A DNA stretch of 63,686 nucleotides, counting the filler, from Choristocarpus tenellus KU-1152 (Eukaryota > Protista > Phaeophyceae): NCBI GenBank assembly GCA_964200185.2. It is 12 parts of 12 records of this genome, joined end to end, with 100 filler letters (N's around TTAATTAATTAA, not from the genome) between each part and the next. Parts side by side here need not be neighbours in the genome. Positions count along the whole stretch, not along the records: positions 37,190 to 42,171 come from CAXNAD020012282.1; positions 42,272 to 46,204 come from CAXNAD020017073.1; positions 46,305 to 48,933 come from CAXNAD020026136.1; positions 49,034 to 59,699 come from CAXNAD020002797.1; 8 more parts are not named here. One strand, written 5' to 3'. The notes below the pieces were generated by a model. It had not been told where the DNA came from. It searched no databases and worked only from the letters and a program-made list of their open reading frames with translations. The position numbers and the translations under genes were made by a program. This document shows, one piece after another, positions 39,002-49,777 of the stretch (the first letter of the stretch is position 1; each line of letters opens with the position of its first letter).

Positions 39002-39620
39002 GAATCGTGTGATTCTGTGGCGCCGTGATTCACTCAGGCAAGGGTGGTGAAGAGAATCACCGGGCAAGACAGACCAGACAGACCAAGACGAACCATAACG
39101 GAGAGGACGAGGTTAAGGTTGGACAAGTGCAAGAAGACTGCATGGACTTGCAGGAAACTGAGGAGTGACGAGAATCTTACGAGAGGGGGATCATATCAAA
39201 AATCAAGACCTGACAACAAGGACAATCTTTGCTGTGTGACATCTTTGGTTGTAGGGATGTGTAACTTGCGGGATTGGTTTCTTGCAGAAAATTCCCCACC
39301 TCGATAATTAGGAAGATTCTCCACTGGAATCGGATATTGCTGTAGTACCTGAGACGCGAAAGTGCACCCACTACGAGGGCTCTTTTGATCCTCGTAGTTG
39401 TAACCTCAACACCTTCGCGGTGGAAAGTTTTGGACGCCTCGATAAGCAAGCTGAATGCTTCCTGGATGAGCTGGCTACTCACATGGTAGGGGGGAGAGGA
39501 GCGGAAGGATATAGCAGGAAAGAAGGACTAGTTAAATCCCAGCTACGCCAATTTGTCTCGGTAACTACGCAAGTAAGTGGCACTGTCTAGACGTGTCATG
39601 TATTTTAAGCTGGAGTCACC
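39002..39620 (+). mobile_element. 3' part of a CRE/R2-type non-LTR retrotransposon (restriction-like endonuclease region)
   Basis: About 39357-39615 reads RKCTHYEGSFDPRSCNLNTFAVESFGRLDKQAECFLDELATHMVGG...QLRQFVSVTTQV/ALSRRV (KxxxY...FAVESxGxL RLE signature). Fragments of a second copy lie at 59625-59699 (+) and 59800-59861 (-). Confidence 0.7.
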
Positions 39621-41004
39621 AGGGAGATGGACTCGGGGGGGGTTATTGGATTCTTGGGATGCCTCCCTAGCTCCTCCCCCCAAGGTACAGGTATACGTAG
39701 ATTGGAGACACAGGAAGGCAGTAGTAGTAGAACATAGTGGTGAAGTAACAAATAGGTAAGTGTTTTTCACGTTGATGACATTTTATTTCCTTAGGGCTTA
39801 TATTGACATTTGTATAGTTTTCATTGGTTTCCCCCCTGATACATCTGGAAAATGTTAGAGGGCATAATATTAAAACAATAAATTAATTGTGTTACCATTT
39901 TTGAGAAAAAAAAATGGATGTGGGTACCTTCCAACGTCATATCTTCCCGAAATCGAAAAGTAAAACTAGAAACAGGAAGGTTCCAAACTTGAATGACTTC
40001 GTTCCTAATAAGGTACATTAGAAACTTTTTGCATGTTCCGATTCGAAGGTTAAAAACGTTACGGTTAATATTTGGTTGCTCCCAATCGAAGATTGCCCGA
40101 CATCGGAGTAGTAATAAACCGAGACAGCAGATTTCCTCACGCATCGTCCTGTTAACCACAGGGGGACTCAGAGTCACATGATTGCACTCGACTTGGGAGT
40201 GGGACGGTCATGGCCTGGAACCAATTTTGTCATCTCAGGTGTGTATGAAAGTGTAGTGACGAGCAGGAGAGTTGTTTGTCGGTGGCCATCTTTAACCGAT
40301 GTTTGAAAAGATCAAAAGATCACAGGGTACAATATCAACGACTATCATAACAGACCCTACCTTCCTAGCTCTGCAGAGGCTGTAATACCTGTGTTCAGTC
40401 TCTCACTGCAGTCTGCTGTCAACTTGCGCAAGAAAGTTAGACAGGGTACGAGTATTCTGTCAAGAAGGAAAACATCGCTACACAAAGTAGATGTAGACTT
40501 GTCGTCATTCGTACAATAGTTACGACGGACGGTGAGGTCTGCCGCTTTCAGATGTCTGGTTGAGATGTAGGAGGCGGCAAGATGTTGATCGGACTTGGGG
40601 GATTGGGGTATTGACAGCAACTCCTTGAGACTTGGGAGAGTATATCATTCAACCATAAGAACAGAGAACTGAAGAGGTAGTACGTGCTCATTAACATGCT
40701 CCACGCTTCAAAATCCTATACCATACTTATTGCCTTGGGGAGGAGCAACTCTATCATGTAACCGCCGTCGTCATGTTCTACCCCCATCCCACTCAGTATT
40801 ACCGATCGTGCCTTCGTACATAAGCTGAGGGACCATCCAGACCCTCGCACCATCCTTGAAAACCTCTTTGAGAAACAAGTCACTGCAGCAGGTGAGAAAG
40901 AGTCCCCACATTGATGGTCCCAATTTCTGGTCATTGATGTTCTGCGATGTAAATGCACTTTCTGCTAGTAGATGGTCTATGATAGATTGACTGCAACACT
41001 GTGA

Positions 41005-41264
41005 GAGTCAAAGTAAAGGAGAGGTACCCAGATTTTGGGCATTTTGCATTATATGTCAATTTTCCAATCTTTTGATATCACCGATATTTCTATGGATGAA
41101 GGGCTGAGTTTGACTTGAGAGGGTTGATTTCTCCATTGCTTGAAAGTTTTCGACTCTGCTCGGAAAATATTCTATACAAGCTTGTAAGAAAAGTCAAATT
41201 TTGCAAATGATTGTCGACATCCTAAAAGTGAAACTCTAGGTACCTCTCGTGTTTTCTTTGACTC
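41005..41264 (+). mobile_element. MITE family C (260 bp), TSD TGA
   Basis: GAGTCAAAGTAAAGGAGAGGTACCC ... GGTACCTCTCGTGTTTTCTTTGACTC. Confidence 0.88.
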
Positions 41265-42056
41265 TGATTTTTTTAACACGGGAAAGAGAAGACATCACCC
41301 TGTACATGGCATCACTCAAACGATCCTTGCAGCTATTATTTGTCATGGCATAAATGTATTGATAATAGCCTGTATGGGATGAAAACAACAATGTAGGACA
41401 GACTTAACAAGAAATATCTCTATGCAGTGTCCCAGGCTTCCCCTCCATCACTGTCTGTGACAGTTTATGTACACGATGCAACAAAAGGAAAGGACGGGTA
41501 GAGATGTCTGTGCATACTCTAGAGGATATTTGTTTTACCAGGCCAGTCTTTCGGGGGGATTCTATGGTGTACTGAGCGGTTCACTACTAAGTTAGGATTA
41601 GGGTTAGGTTTAGTGTGACCTCACATGAACCTCAAGATTTGAAAATAGATATCAATTACAAGTATTAAGTGTCAAGGTTGATGAGAGGACAGGCAGGCAA
41701 TTTTAGAGTAAAACACTTCCTACTGGCTCAATGCAACATACATACTACTCAGGATCCAATGACAGTGTAACTGTTTTTTTCTGATATCATCCAATGACGG
41801 TGGTATATCTACAAATTGGCGACGTAATGTGACATGCCGTACTATTCTGAAACCTCTACTTGTCCTCCGAATTACTGCAACGCCAAGATTTTGACCGTTT
41901 TTAACATCTCTGGTATCAAAGGCAAAGTTTTGACACGCTTGATGATAATTCCTTTTTTTTAAACCAAAGTACAATAATAATCGGGCTGCTCGTTAGCCAA
42001 ACAAGAGCTTCACCTGAACAAAATCAGTTGGGTTTGGAGGACCGTTTGTTGGATGA

Positions 42057-42171
42057 GAGTGAAAGTATCTTAGAGGGTACGAGTTTGGCCTTGTTTGTCC
42101 ATTTGGGGCTTGGCTTCCCACGGGTTCTTTTATGACATTTTCCTACTCCAAAAAAAGGCTCAAAGTATCTG
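42057..42171 (-). mobile_element. Family A copy interrupted by a family D terminus at 42157, cut by linker
   Basis: GAGTGAAAGTATCTTAGAGGGTACGAG...CCTACTCCAAAAAAA|GGCTCAAAGTATCTG. Confidence 0.75.
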
Positions 42172-43435
42172 NNNNNNNNNNNNNNNNNNNNNNNNNNNNN
42201 NNNNNNNNNNNNNNNTTAATTAATTAANNNNNNNNNNNNNNNNNNNNNNNNNNNNNNNNNNNNNNNNNNNNCTATCCCCCAAAGGGACCCCTGGGGTTAA
42301 CCCCCCCCCCCCCCCCAAAGATACTTCGGGTCCTATTTTGAACATAGTAAAATATTTTTCTTCATATTGCCAACAGCAAAGTGGAGTTCAAACTACCATT
42401 GCCATCAGGGTTTTACAGGAGGGCAGGCAAATACGAAGGAACCAGTTTGCGGACGAGACTAGTTCCGATGTTTTTCTGACTTGTCCAGGCCAGGTTTGTC
42501 AGAGATTGTTCCTGACACCAGGCTGCAGGCAGGCCTGCGGCCACATTAAATTACAAGACAGTAGGACGACGACCTAGCTTTCCATAGGTAATATCAACCA
42601 AAACACAGACTGCAAAAGGGTGGCTGGAGGGATACAAAAACATGATTATTCCTACCACTATTTGATATTTTGCAATTTGGGACATGTTTTGACAGTCTGA
42701 CTCTTCTTAAGTGGGCTCAACAGGTGAAGGATACTTTTTTTACCACAACCGTCAACCTTTTCAACATGGCCAGACTATGGGCTGGCCCACTACCAATATA
42801 CTACTACCTGGGCCTATCTATAACCATCAACCTTTTCAACACGTGCCTACCCCAGCAATTTACTAGAAGGTAGTACAAATTGTATGTCGAGTACTCTGGA
42901 TGCTTTGTACCATTGTTGCACTAACATACCCTTGCACAATATTTTGTTTAGGGACCACTTAATTGAAGGACCACTAGGTCTGAGAAGAGATTTATGCTTT
43001 GACAACTGACTAATACTACTTCTTGCCCTTCTTTTCGAACTCAACAGGGTTACACAGAGCAGTGTTTAAGTACAGGCTCTGAACAGTTTCTGAGAATAGT
43101 GAGGATAATAAGAATCCATCTGAGTGCTTGTACAGCTGTATGGGGAGTAATGTGGCACAATATCATACATGGCCATGGCTGGCATGTAAACGGTGTAGGA
43201 CTGTTTTCTTGCTTCAGTAGCAAGGAATAGAACAGTTTTTAAAAAGTGGTAGTCGAGAAGTACAAGGCATACAATGATGACTCGAAAATAACAGAACAGT
43301 ATGAGTGGAGGAACACAAGATTGAAAACAATCATACTCCAGAGAACTATATGTTTGTCAAACTAGAAGAAGGGGTGGGCGGGCCATTCTATGAACATTTA
43401 GAAAGATAGTGCACACTGCCAAGCAAACACTCACA

Positions 43436-44700
43436 ATTGTCGTTCCTGCTCCGTGACTGTCTCTTTTTCGACTGAAGGGGGGCTCATAAGTATCTTTTCC
43501 AAGTCCCCAGAAAAGTCAGCCTCAGTCCTGTACTCGCCAGTCTCACACCCCAACGTTTCCGTGTGTTGCAAGTTGCTGCATGGTCCATCATCGTTGCTAG
43601 AAATTTGAAGGCCCCCGCCATCCCAACTACCAAAACTACCACTAGAGGTGCTGCCACTGTCCGAGGAGCTTTCATTGCACCAGACACTGCCACTATCAGA
43701 AGAGCTTTCAGTGCTCCTGAACAACCCTTCAAAGTCCTCATCCTGTTTGCTCCCATTTTCCAACGAACGTTCCGCAACTGACACACAGTAGTGCTCTAAA
43801 GCTTTTCGAGGTATCCTACCCAAGGTTGGGGTGGAGGGGTGTGTGAGTTAGTGTCAACAGGTCCAGGCAAGGGTAGAACAAGGAGGTCATGGTCAGCTCC
43901 AGAGGTTGAGATCACGGTAAGTTAAGCTGCTTCTTTTTCAGTACCTTCAGAACAGAGCGCTGAATGAAAACCATGTGCTGATTAGTGACTCCATATTTCC
44001 AGGTGATTTCTATAGGATACCCCCTGCCAGTACTGTAGAGTTGATTATAAAACTATTATCTAGTTAATAGCAGATATACATCAGTGCCCTCAAACTTGAC
44101 ACAAACGGCAGGTACTTTTTCTTGGTGGAAAACTTGAATTGTTGCTACTATTACGCAGAGCCTTCTGTCATTGGTCGTGATTGAGGGAGACAACAAGCAA
44201 CTTGTACAAATATTTTTTTTATTACCATACGGCCACTGTAAATGTGACAAAGTGTTGGCAAGTCCTAGGCATCATTGCAATGAAAGGCTACACTCTTGAC
44301 TCTTGCATCATCTTAAAAGCACATAATAATCTGTTGTGATGACAATAGGTCTCATTTTTCTGTCTTCTGTATTTCTTCACTTTCTCCATACGCTCAGTAA
44401 GGGACTTGACTTGTTTCAAATATGCCAAATCTTCCGAGCACTCCAACAAAATATATGAACCGCTTACATCAACAGTGCACAATGTTTGCCCGAACCTGGT
44501 CCTAACCTTAATATGACCTCTTTACTTAGCCACTTAGGAGAAGGACAATTCAAGAAATTTCTCATCACGATCAGTGTAATTTCTCAGGACAGAGGCAACA
44601 AAGACTAAGAATTCAGCCAAGACTATTTACAACATCTTCAAGCACTTACTTGGCCTTCTTCTTGGTTGTGATCACCCAGTTCCTCCTTCGGTTGTTATTG
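43436..44700 (-). pseudogene. Possible multi-exon gene remnant, product unknown
   Basis: Exon-like open stretches (about 43436-43816 and 44290-44495) with some flanking AG/GT signals. No motif recognised, and nearby candidate exons contain stops. Confidence 0.25.
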
Positions 44701-46639
44701 AACCATGTTGAACTAAATGTCGATATGAGGCGAGATAAGGGAGGAAGAGGTGATGAGACCATGTTCATAAGTTGCATGCACACCACGAGCACCCGTTTGT
44801 AGCAATAGAAACCGGAAAGAGTGCAATGCAGGGAGAGTGGACGAATGAAAACATTCCTGTAAACGCACCAGTGGGCTTTTTAACACCACTAGAAACTCAT
44901 GTATTAATAGTAATGACAAGCGGTCAACGTGGAGACAGGTAGACACAATGCCTGTTTTGGCAGAGGGCAAGAGATTGAAGCTGAAAATTGGTGTAAGGAA
45001 GGTAGAAACACGTTCATGGTTACCAAAATATTGTACTTCAATGTCGAGATGCACGGCAGTGGCTGCAAATCACACCTTTGGCCTGAAAGGTAAAGGACCT
45101 AAATTACGATATCAAGAGTGAGAGGTGGGAGATGTCTCGTGCTTTTGAAACAACCTCCAAAGGGGGACAAGAGGAGAAGGGGGTGTTCAATAGGCAATAT
45201 ATGCTAACAAAAACGGCTCACACTTCCTGTCCACAACAAAATACTCTCAAGACTCAAGAGGTGTGTTTCTTGATCGACTGTAAGGTGGATGTCCTGAAGC
45301 AAACAGAACAAAAAGAATGAGATCTTACCAATTCATCTCTCGGTGAGGCAGCAAAATGATATGTCGAGTGGAAGCCTTCCGTGCAAAGAATTAACAAAAA
45401 ATGGCATAAACTATACACTCTATGCAGTACACATAATCATCCACCACAGCAGCAGCTGAACTGTTCTTCAGTTACATGTCCCTTAATATATGCTGAAATG
45501 GCATCATAGTAGCACAAAGTATGGCCATAGCCTTTATGGCGACAAAATCACCACCAAATATCCAGTTTGCACCGTTCCATTATTCTCAGTTTTCTGAACA
45601 TTTTATTTTATCAATACTTACGGATACACTATAATCTTCATGCCAAAGAGCTGACAAAGAACTTTCTAATTAAATGTACAAAAACAAATAGGTAGGTTTC
45701 TGGTTAATCTCCTAACGAGCTAGAACGTATGGAATTTCACTTATCAGATATCAAGCAGGTTGATTCATCACTATTTAGTGGCTGCAGCTACACTTCAGTC
45801 CTTACCTTGTAGCTTCAGTCCCTCCTTGTCAATCCTTTTTTTGGTTTCAAATAGATTTGTATTGATAAGCAATGGAACGTAATGGCTACTTGGTTGTCTG
45901 GTAGTAAACAGCAACCCACTATAGTAACGCAGTGCATTGTTGTGTGCTCTACGGATTTGTATCGAATATGGGGATAGGGTTAGGATTATGGTATATGACT
46001 ATGAGTTACTATTTAATAACAGCTCTAATTATGATAATTTCATCGATGCTATCAGTTTTTTTCCTGATCTTGTACATGGGATGACATTTTTTGGAAAAGA
46101 GAGCCAAAGTATCTTGGGGGGGGGGGGTTGTGAGGGGGCATCCGTTTCGGTCAAAAAACTCTTTTTTTTTCTTACATTTCAAATCCGCCCCGTGCGACCA
46201 AACCNNNNNNNNNNNNNNNNNNNNNNNNNNNNNNNNNNNNNNNNNNNNTTAATTAATTAANNNNNNNNNNNNNNNNNNNNNNNNNNNNNNNNNNNNNNNN
46301 NNNNAAAAAAAAAGGGAAAATCGAAAAAAGGGTGAAAAACGGATGCCGATCCCCTCCCCCCCTCCCAACCCCCCCCCCCCACAGATACTTTGACCCAATT
46401 ATTATTATTGCTGTTCTCGGTTCACTTGTCTCATTGGAGAAACAAAAAAATGAACAATGAATCCTGCCGCTGCTAAAAAAACCCCCAATAATAATATAAA
46501 TAATAATAATAATTATGTATATATTACCGCTGTTCGTTGGAAAAGAAATATAAAACAATATAACCCCCCCCCGAAAGGTCTTTTTATCGCTTACAGGTGG
46601 TGCACACGTGCTTCTATCCACAAGGTGACAGTTTCGAGT

Positions 46640-46704
46640 AATATAATAATAATAATAATAATAACAATAATAACAGTAATAATATTAATAATAATAATAA
46701 TAAT
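46640..46704. repeat. (AAT)n imperfect microsatellite
   Basis: Direct reading. (GGTA)n at 47582-47612 and (CT)n at 48400-48434 are in the same contig. Confidence 0.9.
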
Positions 46705-46953
46705 TTGACAGTTACAGGTTCTTTGGGAGCGTAACGACCAGTGTGTGAGTGACCGAGTGAGGTTTGTTGCTGACATTCGAAAAAAAAAGAGGTTCTTTTT
46801 TGTATGTTTTTTTTTATTGGGTACAGTCAGTCAGAATATTGATTAGAAATTCAATATATATTATGTATATATATATATATGTAAGTTTTTTTTCGTTAGT
46901 TCTCTGTTCTTGGTTACGGTATTACATTGGTGATGTACGTAACAGGTCAATTG

Positions 46954-47163
46954 AACACGACTCGTACTGAGGGTTAGGGTTAGGGTTAACATGACTCGTA
47001 CTGAGGGTTAGGGTTAACACGAGCTGTACTGAGGGTTAAGGGTTAGGGTTAACACGACTCGTACTGAGGGTTAGGGTTAACATGAGCTGTACTGAGGGTT
47101 AAGGGTTAGGGTTAACATGACTCGTACTGAGGGTTAGGGTTAGGGTTAACACGAGTTGTGCAG
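46954..47163 (+). repeat. Satellite of telomeric (AGGGTT)2-3 blocks separated by a 16-bp spacer, 6 units plus a final spacer
   Basis: Unit = AACA(C/T)GA(CTC/GCT)GTACTG + 2-3 x AGGGTT. Confidence 0.92.
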
Positions 47164-47609
47164 AATACGTACCAGGGAATATAAATAAAAAACAACCGGT
47201 TGTTTAATTTTTTTCCGATCAAAAAATAAATAAAGAGGAAAATAATACTAAACACAATAAAAGAAATAGTATCAATGACAAGAGTAGAAATAAAAGAACA
47301 ATAGTAATAAATTTTTTTTTGAGGCTGTGCCAAACAAAAATCGTTTTTTCCACTCTCTCACGTGGACACAAAAAAACTAAAAAAAAGACTGAAATGAAAC
47401 GAATCGACAGAGATTCAAATTTTACATAAATATAAATATGAATATATATATATTTTATCTTCATAATCTATTAAATTTATTATTATCATCCCCGTCCGCC
47501 TTCCAATCGGAACCATTAATTCTTTTTTTCTTAAAAAAAATAAATCTAGGGCATTGGCATCGATCGGTCCGTCCTGGGTAAGTAGGTAGGTAGGTAGGTA
47601 GGTAGGTAG

Positions 47610-47848
47610 GTACCTCCACAATAGACCCGTGTTTGTCAATTACGAGAAAAAAAAAAGGGACTGATTTCAGTCCCCCCACCCTAGGATGGACTTATCCCCA
47701 CAATCGTCCCGCGTTTGTTAATTATTATGAGACAAAAAAAAAAATGGGACTGATTTCAGTCCCCCCTCGCCTAGGATAGACGTACCTGCACAATCGTCCC
47801 GTGTTTGTCAATTACGAGATAAAACGGGACCGATTTCAGTCCTGCCCC
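47610..47848. repeat. ~85-bp tandem repeat (about 2.8 copies), each with the palindrome GGGACTGATTTCAGTCCC
   Basis: Palindromes at 47657-47674 and 47746-47763, with a degenerate copy at 47826-47843. The units share CACAAT.G.CCCG.GTTTGT.AATTA. Confidence 0.85.
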
Positions 47849-48399
47849 GGTCTTGAAAGCGTCCAGAGCTGTCGGCGCATCCAGTCCCTGCCCTCCCCCT
47901 CCGTCGCCCCCGGCGAAAAGGTGGGTCACAGATGGCCAATGCCTGGTTCAATAGGGACATGGCAGTTTCACCATTGCACGCGAGGCAAGTGTTCATAGTG
48001 GGGGCGGCGAGGTTGAGGTGCACTAGGGTTAGGGTTTTATGTTTAAAAAAAATATATCTACAAGCGCGCACATAATGTTTTAAATGTAAATTTAAATTAG
48101 AGTTGAAGCGATCGGTTTTTTATTATTAATTTTAACCGTTTGATTGCAACGGTGGCTGTCGTACACTAAATTTAAATTTAAATAGTGCACAGCGCATTTT
48201 AAAAACAAGGAAGCAAGAAAGCCAGTCCAAGAGACCAACGAATAGTTGAAGCTGTTTTTTATTTATTTTATTTTAGTAGACTGATGTATTGACACTACAA
48301 AGACAGTCGAGGAGGAAGGGAACAGCTCTTCTCGACCAAACCCTAAACCTAACCCCACAGACGCCTATCTATCGCATCACTCTTCCACTCCGCCAAAAA

Positions 48400-48433
<34 letters not shown>

Positions 48434-49288
48434 TATATATATGTATGTACTTGTTCTGAGCAATATGTACCTTCACCTATGAATAAACTCCTTACTGCAT
48501 TCACCGGCGTATATCTGAATTTAAATTTTTAAAATTTCTATTCCGAAGTCGATGCGCGATTTGTCACAAACAGTTGAAAAATAAATAAATAAATAAATAA
48601 AAACCCTGTGTGCACAACATACAAATATCATCACTATTAAAAAAAAAAAGAGTGTATTATTACAGTGAATTTGAAAATAGTAGCAGGCAGTAAAAGAATT
48701 CAAATTCAAATTCAAGGTTTTAAAAAAAGAACGCTCCAAGATGAGAATCAATATTAATGTTTCCAGACCCAGTGCTTCTGCTCTTTATATTGCAAGGGTT
48801 AGGGTTAGGGTTAGTGCGTCGAGTATCATCAAAAGTAAAGTACAGCAAACAAACACACGTGCGTTGATGGCTTCAAAAGTAATGTGGAACGTTACAGCCC
48901 CTCCCCCCCCCAAAAAAATCAGCCTTTCCCCCCNNNNNNNNNNNNNNNNNNNNNNNNNNNNNNNNNNNNNNNNNNNNTTAATTAATTAANNNNNNNNNNN
49001 NNNNNNNNNNNNNNNNNNNNNNNNNNNNNNNNNAGGAGGGGGGCAGGGGTGAGTTATCGTGACATGGGGGTGGGTTCATGTGTGGTGTAATTTGACATGG
49101 GTTAGGAAGTTTTCTTGGAGTGTGATGGTATGATTGTCTCATCTGACCATCAAGAATCGTTTTTAGATAAGGGTTAGGGACTGGGTTTGATGCCAGTACT
49201 ACAAAAGGGCAATGGTTCCACAAAGAGATTAGTGAAGGATGGCATCAGCTAGGTGGTTAGGAAATGAGTGATAGCCAACCTTGTTGCA

Positions 49289-49547
49289 GAGGCGAAGTAT
49301 CTTAAAGGGTAGAGCCGCGTCCATTTGGCGGCCAAAATCTAATTTTGAAATATTGATATAATTTTGGCTATCATGTTCGTTAGGAGATGTCAATATCCTA
49401 CTTCCGGACACAGCTTTTCATAACATACACATTTTACAAACTCTGAAACATTGTGGAGTAGGTAAAATGTCATTAAAAACCTGAGAGAAGCCAAGCCCCA
49501 AATGGACAAACAGAGAAAAACCCGTACCCTCTGAGATACTTTAACTC
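49289..49547 (+). mobile_element. MITE family A (259 bp), TSD TGCA
   Basis: GAGGCGAAGTATCTTAAAGGGTAG ... GAGATACTTTAACTC, with TGCA on both sides. Confidence 0.88.
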
Positions 49548-49777
49548 TGCATTTGAACAGTGTGATGTATAACCTGGCACTTGTCTTTAGCTAAGTAGGA
49601 ACAAGAAACCTCCCTCAGATATCATTCCATGCGTCCTGATGGAGTGTATTGTGTCTCCAAAAACAGAAAGAACATAAGAGCTCAACCTGAGATGCCGAGA
49701 AATCTAGAAAATCTCCCTTCTCTCTCAATCCCCACTCTTCCTTACAGTCTTAATTCTTTGGAATGACGGCCTGACAG

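Noticed and set aside
46954-47163. CRISPR array
   Set aside because: The spacers are near-identical 16-mers, the repeats are telomeric hexamers, the context is eukaryotic and no cas genes are present.
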